Positions 8,678 to 17,538 of a stretch of DNA of 64,000 nt are shown here, in pieces; within the stretch, counting starts at the first letter, position 1, and each line of letters opens with the position of its first letter. The translations under genes and the position numbers were made by a program. The notes below the pieces were generated by a model. The model searched no databases and was not told the origin of the DNA. It saw only the letters and a program-made list of their open reading frames with translations. The stretch lies in NCBI GenBank assembly GCA_963662585.1, contig OY759729.1, positions 2,848,001 through 2,912,000 on the forward strand, given 5' to 3'. The stretch is from Candidatus Cloacimonadales bacterium. Its GTDB lineage: Bacteria > Cloacimonadota > Cloacimonadia > Cloacimonadales > JAFGVF01.

Positions 8678-9301
8678 ATAATAAGGATAAGAAAAGGAAG
8701 CGCCAAGACGAAAGAAGTTGTACCTAAAGAAGCTTATAATGAGCAAATTACAGCGAGAGAAGTAAGATTAATAGACGCTGAAGGTCAACAAGTTGGCGTT
8801 GTAAGTATTGTTAGAGCAAGAGAAATTGCTGAGCAAGCTAGTTTGGATTTAGTGGAGATTTCTCCATCAGCTAATCCACCAGTCTGCAAGATAATGGATT
8901 TTAGTAAATACTATTATCAAAAAGAGCGTAAAGCTCGTGAAGCTAGAAAGAATAGACAAGAAGTGCAGGTAAAAGAAGTAAAATTCGGACCAAACACTGA
9001 AGAGCATGATTATAAGTTCAAGAAAAAGAATGCTATTAAATTCTTGCTTCAACATGATAAAGTAAAATTCACTGTAAGATTTAAGGGTCGTCAAATGGCT
9101 CATAAAGAGATAGGAGAAGAACTCTTACTTAAATTAATGCAAGAGTTAAAACCGATTGTTGATGTTGATCAACCAATCCGTTCTGAGAGTAGAATCATGT
9201 CTATGACTCTTTCTCCTAAAAAAGATATTGAAAAACTTATCGATTTATTAGAAAAAACTGATGATGATGAACTCGAAGTAGAAGTTGAAGAAAATGAATA
9301 A
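8678..9301 (+). CDS. infC: Translation initiation factor IF-3 with non-canonical ATA start
   Basis: The frame extends upstream of the ORF-track TTG (8843) through NEQITAREVRLID. GGAGG at 8667-8671 precedes in-frame ATA codons at 8678 and 8681. Also PPVCKIMDF and VKEVKF motifs. Confidence 0.9.
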   Translation: MIRIRKGSAKTKEVVPKEAYNEQITAREVRLIDAEGQQVGVVSIVRAREIAEQASLDLVEISPSANPPVCKIMDFSKYYYQKERKAREARKNRQEVQVKEVKFGPNTEEHDYKFKKKNAIKFLLQHDKVKFTVRFKGRQMAHKEIGEELLLKLMQELKPIVDVDQPIRSESRIMSMTLSPKKDIEKLIDLLEKTDDDELEVEVEENE

Positions 9302-9318
9302 TATAAACTGGAGGAATA

Positions 9319-9519
9319 ATGCCTAAAATTAAAACCCACAGAGCTGCGGCTAAGAGATTTAAGGTTACCGGAAGTGGTAAAATTAAAAGACATCATGCAA
9401 AGTCTGCTCATATTAAAACCAAGAAAAGTTCTAAATTGAAAAGACATTTGAGAGATTCTGACATTGTCAGAGCATGTGATGAACCAAGAGTAAAGAAAAT
9501 GCTTTGCGGCATTATGTAA
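9319..9519 (+). CDS. rpmI: 50S ribosomal protein L35
   Basis: [30 protein letters not shown]. Confidence 0.97.
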   Translation: MPKIKTHRAAAKRFKVTGSGKIKRHHAKSAHIKTKKSSKLKRHLRDSDIVRACDEPRVKKMLCGIM

Positions 9520-9535
9520 ACAAAGGAGTTTAAAA

Positions 9536-9895
9536 ATGGCAAGATCGAAAAATTTAGTAGCTTCTAGATTAAGAAAGAAGACAAAGTTAAAATTGGCTAA
9601 AGGTTATAGAGGTGCAAGACATAGACTATATAGAATCGCTGCTCAAACTGTGGAAAAAGGTTGGGGTTACGCATATAGAGATAGAAAGCAAAAGAAAAGA
9701 AACTTCCGTAGATTATGGATTACCAGAATCAACGCTGCATGTCGCAACGAAGGTATCTCTTATAGCAAATTCATCAATGCTCTTCATAAAGCAGAGATTT
9801 CAGTTAATAGAAAAGTGTTAGCTAATTTAGCCTGGCACGACCAAGAAGCTTTCACACAATTGGTGGAAATAGCAAAAAAACACATGGAAGCTTAA
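9536..9895 (+). CDS. rplT: 50S ribosomal protein L20
   Basis: [32 protein letters not shown]. Confidence 0.97.
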   Translation: MARSKNLVASRLRKKTKLKLAKGYRGARHRLYRIAAQTVEKGWGYAYRDRKQKKRNFRRLWITRINAACRNEGISYSKFINALHKAEISVNRKVLANLAWHDQEAFTQLVEIAKKHMEA

Positions 9896-10918
9896 ATGAA
9901 AGAAAAGCTCCAGCAGATAATAACTAAGGCTGAATCAGAATTAAACTTAATAACTTCAAAACCTGAATTGTTAAATGCAAAATCCAGAATAGTCGGGAAA
10001 AAGAGTGAATTAAACTCTTTGATGAAGAATATTAAGGAAGTTGCTCCTGATGAACGCCGAGAATTTGGACAATTAGTTAATGAAGCAAAGAATTATCTGC
10101 AAGATTTAATCGATAAAAGAACTCAGATTATCGATGAATTAATTTATAAAGAACAAGTTGCGTCTTCCCGCATTGATTTAACAATGCCGGGAAGAAGAAC
10201 TGTTCAAGGTGGACTGCACCCTCTCACCAGAATATGGAGAGAAGTGGAGGACACCTTTCTTAGTATGGGATTTGAAATTGCAGATGGTTTTGATGTAGAA
10301 GATGAGTTTCATAATTTTGATGCTTTAAATACTCCTAAAGACCATCCTTCCCGTAACTTAGCAGATACATTTTATGTAGAAGATAATATTCTTTTAAGAA
10401 CCCAAACTTCTACAGTTCAAATTAGAACAATGGAAAACCATCAGCCACCAATAAGAATTATTGCTCCTGGTCGTTGTTATAGAAACGATAAAATGGATGC
10501 ATCCCACTCTCCTGTTTTTCACCAGGTAGAAGCTTTGGTTGTTGATGAAAACATCTCTTTCGCTGACTTGAAAGATACCTTGAATATATTTGTTCAGACA
10601 ATGTTTGGCAAGAATATTAAATCAAGAATTAGACCACATTTCTTCCCTTTCACAGAGCCTAGTGCTGAGATAGATATCTCATGTGTTAGTTGCGGTGGAA
10701 GTGGTTGTAGAATTTGCAAAAACAGTGGATGGCTTGAGATGGGTGGAGCAGGAATGGTTGATCCAGCAGTTTTAAAAGCTGTAGGAATTGATTCTGAGAA
10801 ATACACAGGCTATGCTTTTGGTCTAGGTATTGATAGAATTACCATGCTCAAATACAATATACCGGATATGAGAATACTCTTTGAAAATGATTTAAGATTT
10901 TTAAAACAATATAGATAG
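9896..10918 (+). CDS. pheS: Phenylalanine--tRNA ligase alpha subunit
   Basis: NFDALN, LLRTQTS, HSPVFHQVE, FPFTEPSAE, GYAFGLGIDR. Confidence 0.97.
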   Translation: MKEKLQQIITKAESELNLITSKPELLNAKSRIVGKKSELNSLMKNIKEVAPDERREFGQLVNEAKNYLQDLIDKRTQIIDELIYKEQVASSRIDLTMPGRRTVQGGLHPLTRIWREVEDTFLSMGFEIADGFDVEDEFHNFDALNTPKDHPSRNLADTFYVEDNILLRTQTSTVQIRTMENHQPPIRIIAPGRCYRNDKMDASHSPVFHQVEALVVDENISFADLKDTLNIFVQTMFGKNIKSRIRPHFFPFTEPSAEIDISCVSCGGSGCRICKNSGWLEMGGAGMVDPAVLKAVGIDSEKYTGYAFGLGIDRITMLKYNIPDMRILFENDLRFLKQYR

Positions 10919-10935
10919 GGTTTATCGAGGAAATT

Positions 10936-13347
10936 ATGAAAATTAGTTATAAATGGTTACAAGATTATATAAATTTAGATGTAGACCCTAAAGTATTAGA
11001 AGATCACCTTACTTTCGCCGGCATTGAAGTTGAAGCAATTGAGTATATTGGTGAAGATTTAAAACAATTTAAAGTTGCAGAAGTGTTATCTGCTAATAAA
11101 TTAGAAGGTTCTGACCACCTTCAGGTCTGTCAGGTAAATGATGGAAGTGGGGAAGTCTTACAGGTTGTTTGTGGAGCTCCAAATTGCCGAGCAGGTTTGA
11201 AAATAGCTTTTGCTCCCGTCGGTTCAGTTATTGGTGGTGAATTCAAAATCAAGAAAGCCAAACTAAAAGGTGTTGCTTCCCATGGAATGATCTGTTCTGC
11301 TAAAGAGTTAGGTATTTCTGAAGATCATGATGGTATAATGGAATTAGATTCTAATGCTGTTATTGGTCAAGATTTAGCAACATATTTAGATTTTAATGAT
11401 GTTGTGTATGATGTCGAAATTACCCCTAACCGACCTGATTTATTAGGAATTCTGGGCGTAGCTAGAGATTTATCAGCACTTTATCATAAAGAACTCCACT
11501 TACCCCAAACCAAAGTAGGGGAGAGCTTTAATAACATTCAAGACTCTTTAGATCTAGAAGTTCAAAACAGTGAAAAGTGTTATCGCTATATCGCAACAGT
11601 CATCAAAAATGTTACTGTTAAAGAATCTCCAGAATGGCTAAAAAAGAGGTTATTGGCTGTTGGACTTAGACCTATCAATAATATAGTAGATATAACTAAT
11701 TTCATTCTTATGGAAACAGGACATCCTATCCATGCTTTTGATTATGACAAATTAGCTGGTCAAAAGATAATCGTAAGAAATGCTTTTGAAAAAGAGAATT
11801 TCCCCGCATTAAATGGAGAAAAATATCTCTTATCTGAAGATGATCTAGTTATTGCAGATGCTGAAAAAGCTGTTGGTTTAGCTGGTGTGATGGGAGGAGC
11901 AAATTCAGAAATAACTTCTGCTACAAAGAATATAGTTATTGAATCTGCTTGTTTCAACTACGCAACTGTTAGAAGAACTTCTCAAAGACATAAGCTTTTC
12001 TCAGACTCTTCCTACAGATTTGAAAGAGGTCTTTCACCTGAGACACCTCAATTTACTAAAGATAGAGCAACTAATTTGATATTAGAATTGGCTGGAGGAG
12101 AACTTCAAGCAGGTAATCTTGATGAATATCCAAACCCAGATTCTGCTAATATTGTGGTAGAACTTAGACCTGCAAGAGTTGAATTGCTCTTAGGTGCTAC
12201 AATTCCTTTAACAGAGATTAAATCTTATCTAAAATCATTAGGACTAGAATTACTAGCTGAAACTTCTGAGAAATTGAAGTATAAAATTCCTCATTTCAGA
12301 AGTGACTTACTTAGAGAGATTGACTTAATCGAAGAAATTGTAAGACTTCACGGCTATAACAATATTCCAGTAAGAACTGTTCCTCAAGGAATAATGAACC
12401 ATAAAATCTTTAGATTAGAAAGAAAAATCAAGGATTTAATGGTCAGAGCAGGTCTGTATGAAGTTATTAATCTTACCCTGTTTGATCCTGAAAATTTAGA
12501 CAAATTAAGAATTCCTGAAGATGATTACAGAAGACACTTAGTTGAGTTAAAAAATCCTCAAAGCAATCTGCTTAGAGCCATGCGTACAACTATGATTTCC
12601 AATCTTTTGAATTGTGCTGAATACAATATTAATCGGGGAAATAAAGATGTCCGTATTTTTGAACTTAACAAAGTCATTCTGAATAATAATGATAAGACTA
12701 CTGAAGAAAGGAAGTTCCTTACCTGCTTATTAAGTGGAAATAGATTTGATAATTACTGGAAAGATAAATCGGCAAAAAGTGATTTCTATGATATAAAAGG
12801 TATTGTTGAAGATTTATTTGTAGAAACAAATCTACCAATTAACTATGAAACTTCTCAAGAAAAATTCTATACAGAAAATCACGCTTTGGATATTTTCTCC
12901 CAAAAGATAAAAATTGGATCTATAGGACAAATCGACCCTAAAGTTGCAAAAAGTTTTGATATCGATACTGTAGAATTAAAACAAGATGTCTATATTTTAG
13001 ATGTTGATTTAACCCAAATATACGAAATAATGAACTTCTCAGAAAGAAATTTCCAAGAAATTAATAAGTTCCCTAATGTTCACAGAGATTTATCATTTAA
13101 TGTCAATTCTGATGTTAAAGTATCTGACATTATTTCTTCTGTTGAGCTTGTAAATAAATCAGTTGTGAAAAATGTCTCACTCCTTGATGAATACAAAGGG
13201 AAGAATATCCCGCAAGGGAAAAGAAGTTTGACTATTAGTTTAACTCTAAATTCTGAAAATAAAACATTGACAGATAAATTTGTTGAGCAATTAATGAATA
13301 AAGTTAAACAAAACTTAGAAAAAAATTATAATATTGAAATGAGGTAA
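10936..13347 (+). CDS. pheT: Phenylalanine--tRNA ligase beta subunit
   Basis: VVCGAPN, ITPNRPD, RPINNIVDITNF, SSYRFERG, REIDLIEEIVRLHGY, C-terminal FDX-ACB domain. Confidence 0.97.
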   Translation: MKISYKWLQDYINLDVDPKVLEDHLTFAGIEVEAIEYIGEDLKQFKVAEVLSANKLEGSDHLQVCQVNDGSGEVLQVVCGAPNCRAGLKIAFAPVGSVIGGEFKIKKAKLKGVASHGMICSAKELGISEDHDGIMELDSNAVIGQDLATYLDFNDVVYDVEITPNRPDLLGILGVARDLSALYHKELHLPQTKVGESFNNIQDSLDLEVQNSEKCYRYIATVIKNVTVKESPEWLKKRLLAVGLRPINNIVDITNFILMETGHPIHAFDYDKLAGQKIIVRNAFEKENFPALNGEKYLLSEDDLVIADAEKAVGLAGVMGGANSEITSATKNIVIESACFNYATVRRTSQRHKLFSDSSYRFERGLSPETPQFTKDRATNLILELAGGELQAGNLDEYPNPDSANIVVELRPARVELLLGATIPLTEIKSYLKSLGLELLAETSEKLKYKIPHFRSDLLREIDLIEEIVRLHGYNNIPVRTVPQGIMNHKIFRLERKIKDLMVRAGLYEVINLTLFDPENLDKLRIPEDDYRRHLVELKNPQSNLLRAMRTTMISNLLNCAEYNINRGNKDVRIFELNKVILNNNDKTTEERKFLTCLLSGNRFDNYWKDKSAKSDFYDIKGIVEDLFVETNLPINYETSQEKFYTENHALDIFSQKIKIGSIGQIDPKVAKSFDIDTVELKQDVYILDVDLTQIYEIMNFSERNFQEINKFPNVHRDLSFNVNSDVKVSDIISSVELVNKSVVKNVSLLDEYKGKNIPQGKRSLTISLTLNSENKTLTDKFVEQLMNKVKQNLEKNYNIEMR

Positions 13348-13352
13348 AAGAA

Positions 13353-13733
13353 ATGAATCAAGTAAACATGAATAATATAAATCAGAAGATTCAAAAGCTA
13401 ATTGAAAAATACCGTGCTTTAGAAGCTGATAATAATAATAATTTAGAAACTATTTCTAAATTGGAAGAAATTGTTGCTGACCAAAAAAATAATATTGCTA
13501 ATCTTAACGATAATTTAGAAAATAAAGAACTTCAAATTATGACCCATGAAGATACAATTAAAGATTTAAATCAATCTCTAGAAGATTTGCGAGTAGTGAG
13601 AACCAACCTTGAAACTAAAGTTAGTGAACTCCAAACTGCCCTTGATAACATTGGTAACACTGCTGATGAAATTGATTCTAAACTTTCTGATATGTTCCCT
13701 GATTTAAATCTTGCTGATTTAGATAACCTGTAG
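13353..13733 (+). CDS. Coiled-coil protein, ZapB-like
   Basis: Heptad-rich 126-aa protein located between pheT and zapA. Confidence 0.55.
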   Translation: MNQVNMNNINQKIQKLIEKYRALEADNNNNLETISKLEEIVADQKNNIANLNDNLENKELQIMTHEDTIKDLNQSLEDLRVVRTNLETKVSELQTALDNIGNTADEIDSKLSDMFPDLNLADLDNL

Positions 13734-13734
13734 A

Positions 13735-14010
13735 TTGCTAGATAAAGCCATGAAAGAAATCCAATTTGAATTATTAGGAAAACACTTCAGCGTAAAAACT
13801 GATGACCCTGAGAAATTGGATAGAACAATATCTGATTTAAAAAAATTCTTGAGAGAAATGTCTTTTGATTACAAAAGCTTAGATCTCGATAAGTTTCTAC
13901 TCTATTGTATGCTGAGAATGACAGATCAAATGATAACAATTCAAGATCAATTAGCTCAGTTTAATACTCAGATAGATACAATTGATATTGATTCCTTTTT
14001 AGACGAATAA
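13735..14010 (+). CDS. zapA: Cell division protein ZapA-like (alternative ATG at 13750)
   Basis: IQFELLGKHFSVKTD N-terminal beta hairpin plus coiled coil; pheT-zapA-6S-rny synteny. Confidence 0.7.
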   Translation: MLDKAMKEIQFELLGKHFSVKTDDPEKLDRTISDLKKFLREMSFDYKSLDLDKFLLYCMLRMTDQMITIQDQLAQFNTQIDTIDIDSFLDE

Positions 14011-14014
14011 TTTT

Positions 14015-14185
14015 TATTCTGCAATATTAGTGATCTTACATTGATTAAGAACTGCATAAACATAGGGAATCGCGCCGTTGGTGGCACTCAAGCCGTCTTT
14101 GTCACGGATCGGTAAAGCCGATAAGGTAGATACCCACCTTGAACATAGTTCTAGGTTTCAATATTAGACACGGTATTGCGGAATA
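14015..14185 (+). ncRNA. ssrS: 6S RNA
   Basis: Lies between zapA and rny. Ends pair (TATTCTGCAATA with TATTGCGGAATA), ATTGA..AAGAACT pairs with AGTTCT..TCAAT, and GGGA/CCCACC flank a central bubble; ~171 nt. Confidence 0.8.
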
Positions 14186-14254
14186 TTTTTCTGATAAATT
14201 AGGAAGAGAAGAGATCCTCTGTTGAGGATAGAATATAGATAAAGAGAGGATTTA

Positions 14255-15817
14255 ATGGATAATATTATATATATTGCCATAGGAATTATTGTCGGAATGC
14301 TTATTATGGGGGCTATCTATTTAGTTCTCAGGAAAAAAGCTTTTAGTCTAATCAGTAACCAAAAGGTTATTGCTGAACAAATCATTGAAGAAGCACATGA
14401 GAAAGGAAAATCCTTAAAGAAAGAGAAAATCTTAGAAGGCAAAGAAGAATGGTTCCAACAGAAGAAAGTGTTGGAAGATGAAATTAAAGAACGCCAGAAA
14501 GAACTTCGTAAATTAGAAAAAGCATCGACAGACCGACTTGCATCCTTAGATAGAAGATTAGAATCTTTAGAGAAAAAAGAAACCACTTTAACACAATTAG
14601 AAAAAAAGAATCGCAAGTTTGAAGATACTTTAAATAAAAGAGCCGAAGAAATAGAAAATCTAATTGACGACCAACAAAAGAAATTAGAAGAGATTGCTGG
14701 TATGACCCACGAAGAGGCTCTTAATAAACTTAAAGCCGAATTAGTTTCTACTGCCAAAAAACATACTGCTGGTGAAATTAGACAAATGATTGAGCAATTA
14801 AAAACTGATGCTACAAGTAAATCAGCTGAAATATTAGCAACTGCTATTCAAAGAATGGCTGTTGATTATGTCTCTGAATCTACTGTTTCAGTAGTCTCCC
14901 TACCTTCAGATGAAATGAAAGGTAGAATCATCGGTCGTGAAGGAAGAAATATTCGTTCATTTGAAAAAGCATCTGGTGTTGATTTAATAATTGACGATAC
15001 TCCAGAAGCAGTAGTTCTATCTTGTTTTGATCCAATTAGAAGAGAAATCGCTAGATTATCCTTAGAAAAATTAATTTCTGATGGTAGAATCCATCCAGGA
15101 AGAATTGAAGAAGTTATCGAAAAAACAGGTAAAGAGATGGATGAACATCTTATTAAAGTTGGTGAAAAAGCCTTCTTAGAAGCTAATGTTCATAATATCT
15201 CCCCTAATATTATTAAAATTCTTGGTAGATTAAAATATCGTACTAGTTATGGCCAAAATGTTCTCCAGCACTCAATTGAAACTGCTTGGATTAGTGGTAT
15301 TATGGCTGCAGAATTAGGACTCAATCAAGAAATGGCTCGTAGAGCAGGTCTTCTTCATGATATAGGAAAAGCTATTGATCATGAATTTGATGGTTCTCAT
15401 GCGGTAATAGGTGCTAACATTGCTAGAAAGAATGGTGAATGTAAGACTGTTATCAATGCTATAGAAGCTCATCATGAAGATGTAGCTCCTGATACTGTTT
15501 ATGCAGCTTTAGTTCAAGCATCTGATGCTATTTCCGGAGCAAGACCTGGTGCTAGAAGAGAGATGTTAGAATCTTATATGCAAAGACTTTCTAAACTAGA
15601 AGAAATTGCTGGCTCTATAGAAGGTGTTAATAAATCTTATGCTATACAAGCTGGTAGAGAATTAAGAATCATTGTTGAACCAACTAATGTCAATGATGAA
15701 AGTGCTGCATTTATTGCACAAGATATAGCTGGGAAAATTGAAAAAGAAGTTCAATATCCTGGTACAATTAAGGTAACAGTAATTAGAGAGACCAGACAAA
15801 TAGCTGTTGCTAAATAA
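14255..15817 (+). CDS. rny: Ribonuclease Y
   Basis: N-terminal TM, coiled coil, KH domain (MKGRIIGREGRNIR), HD domain (LLHDIGKA), YAIQAGRELR. Confidence 0.97.
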   Translation: MDNIIYIAIGIIVGMLIMGAIYLVLRKKAFSLISNQKVIAEQIIEEAHEKGKSLKKEKILEGKEEWFQQKKVLEDEIKERQKELRKLEKASTDRLASLDRRLESLEKKETTLTQLEKKNRKFEDTLNKRAEEIENLIDDQQKKLEEIAGMTHEEALNKLKAELVSTAKKHTAGEIRQMIEQLKTDATSKSAEILATAIQRMAVDYVSESTVSVVSLPSDEMKGRIIGREGRNIRSFEKASGVDLIIDDTPEAVVLSCFDPIRREIARLSLEKLISDGRIHPGRIEEVIEKTGKEMDEHLIKVGEKAFLEANVHNISPNIIKILGRLKYRTSYGQNVLQHSIETAWISGIMAAELGLNQEMARRAGLLHDIGKAIDHEFDGSHAVIGANIARKNGECKTVINAIEAHHEDVAPDTVYAALVQASDAISGARPGARREMLESYMQRLSKLEEIAGSIEGVNKSYAIQAGRELRIIVEPTNVNDESAAFIAQDIAGKIEKEVQYPGTIKVTVIRETRQIAVAK

Positions 15818-15820
15818 ATT

Positions 15821-16612
15821 ATGAAAATACTATTTTTAGGCGATATCTATGGAAAACCTGGAAGAGAGTTATTAAAGAGAAATCTTAAATATCTTAAGAA
15901 AGAGTTTTCTATAGATATCTGTATTGCTAATTTTGAAAATCTTGCTGATGGGAGAGGAATTAGTGAAAAATGTGCTAAAACTACTTTCTCCTATGGTGTT
16001 GATTATGCAACAAGTGGTAATCATTTATGGGATAAGGCTGATTCCTTAACTTATCTCAAGCAAGAACACAGAATTTGCAAACCTATTAATTACCCAAAAC
16101 CTGAAATCGGTATGGATTTCATTAAAGTTAAATTCAATGAGAAGAACCTATTAATCGTTAACCTTGCAGGGCAAAGTTTTATGCCTGCGGCTGACTCTCC
16201 TTTTGAGGCTATTGATAAATTATTGGTTGATTTTCCTCTTGAAGATAATATTATTTTTATCGATTTTCATGCAGAAGCTACCGCTGAGAAAAAGGCCATG
16301 GGCTGGTTCTTGAATGGTAGAGTTTCAGCATTAGTAGGTACTCATACCCATATCCAAACTGCTGATGAACAGATTTTAACCCATGGAACTGCTTATATCA
16401 CTGATGCAGGGATGACTGGTGGGCACGAATCAGTAATTGGAGTTCAAAGAAATATTATTCTAGATGCTATCAAAGATGGCGTTCATAGACCTTACAAGGT
16501 CTCCCAAAAAGGATTAGAAATTAATGGTGTTGTTATTGATATTGATGATGATACTAATCTTGCTACTAAGATAATAAGAATTAGGAGATGCTTTGATGGA
16601 GAAAATTCTTAA
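15821..16612 (+). CDS. ymdB: YmdB-family metallophosphoesterase
   Basis: ILFLGDIYGKPG, TSGNH, DFHAEATAEK, GTHTHIQTAD; follows rny. Confidence 0.92.
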   Translation: MKILFLGDIYGKPGRELLKRNLKYLKKEFSIDICIANFENLADGRGISEKCAKTTFSYGVDYATSGNHLWDKADSLTYLKQEHRICKPINYPKPEIGMDFIKVKFNEKNLLIVNLAGQSFMPAADSPFEAIDKLLVDFPLEDNIIFIDFHAEATAEKKAMGWFLNGRVSALVGTHTHIQTADEQILTHGTAYITDAGMTGGHESVIGVQRNIILDAIKDGVHRPYKVSQKGLEINGVVIDIDDDTNLATKIIRIRRCFDGENS

Positions 16613-17462
16613 AGCAAAACCTTTGATTAAAGATAAATATAAAGAACTTAAAGAGGATATCGAGAAGTTAGCAGAACCTTTAATTATGAAGGTGATTAGA
16701 CTTGGAGAAGATCCTGCTTCAGCATTTTATGTTCAGAATATTTTAAATCAAGGTAAAAAAATGGGTGTTCAAGTAGATTTAATAACCTTAGAAGAGTCTA
16801 CTTCTCAACAAGAATTGATTAGTTTGATAGAGAGATTTAATGCTGATACATCAGTTGCAGGGATAATGTTACAGAAGCCTCTTCCTAAGCAGATAGATGA
16901 ATCAGAAATTAATTCTTTAATAGAAGCAACTAAGGATGTAGATGGCTTCCATCCCGAGAACTTAGGTAAACTTCTCTTAGAACAAGAGGGTTTGTTTCCT
17001 TGCACAGCTACAGCATGTTTAACAATGATGGATTATTATGATATTGAAACATCAGGTAAGAATATTGTTGTTTTAGGCAGAAGTGCTATTGTGGGAAAAC
17101 CTCTTGCTAATATGTTACTTAGGAAAGACAAAACAGGTAATGCTACTGTAACTGTATGTCATAGCAGAACTAATAATCTTAAAGAAATTACTCAAAGAGC
17201 TGATATTTTAATAGCTGCTATAGGTAGAGCAAATTTTGTTACCCAGGAGTTTCTCAGAAAAGATTGTATTGTTATTGATGTTGGTATCAATGAAATTATT
17301 GATGAAGTCGGAAAGGCCTCTTATGTTGGAGATGTCGACTATAATGATGTTTTTGACAAAGTTGCAGCAATAACACCTGTTCCTGGTGGTATAGGTTCAG
17401 TAACTACCTATGAGCTCTTTAAAAATCTGTTAAAATCAAAAAAAATAGTTAAAATTAAATAA
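16596..17462 (+). CDS. folD: Methylenetetrahydrofolate dehydrogenase/cyclohydrolase
   Basis: KDVDGFHPEN, GRSAIVGKP, TVTVCHSRT, DVGIN, ITPVPGGIG. Confidence 0.96.
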   Translation: MEKILKAKPLIKDKYKELKEDIEKLAEPLIMKVIRLGEDPASAFYVQNILNQGKKMGVQVDLITLEESTSQQELISLIERFNADTSVAGIMLQKPLPKQIDESEINSLIEATKDVDGFHPENLGKLLLEQEGLFPCTATACLTMMDYYDIETSGKNIVVLGRSAIVGKPLANMLLRKDKTGNATVTVCHSRTNNLKEITQRADILIAAIGRANFVTQEFLRKDCIVIDVGINEIIDEVGKASYVGDVDYNDVFDKVAAITPVPGGIGSVTTYELFKNLLKSKKIVKIK

Positions 17463-17538
17463 ATATATTGACTAAATAAAACAAACTTGAAAAATTAACT
17501 TTAAAATGATAATAATTAATGACCTTGGGAGGATGTTA

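Noticed and set aside
8480..8746. 88-aa minus-strand ORF
   Set aside because: It overlaps the infC leader and the true infC N-terminus on the opposite strand.
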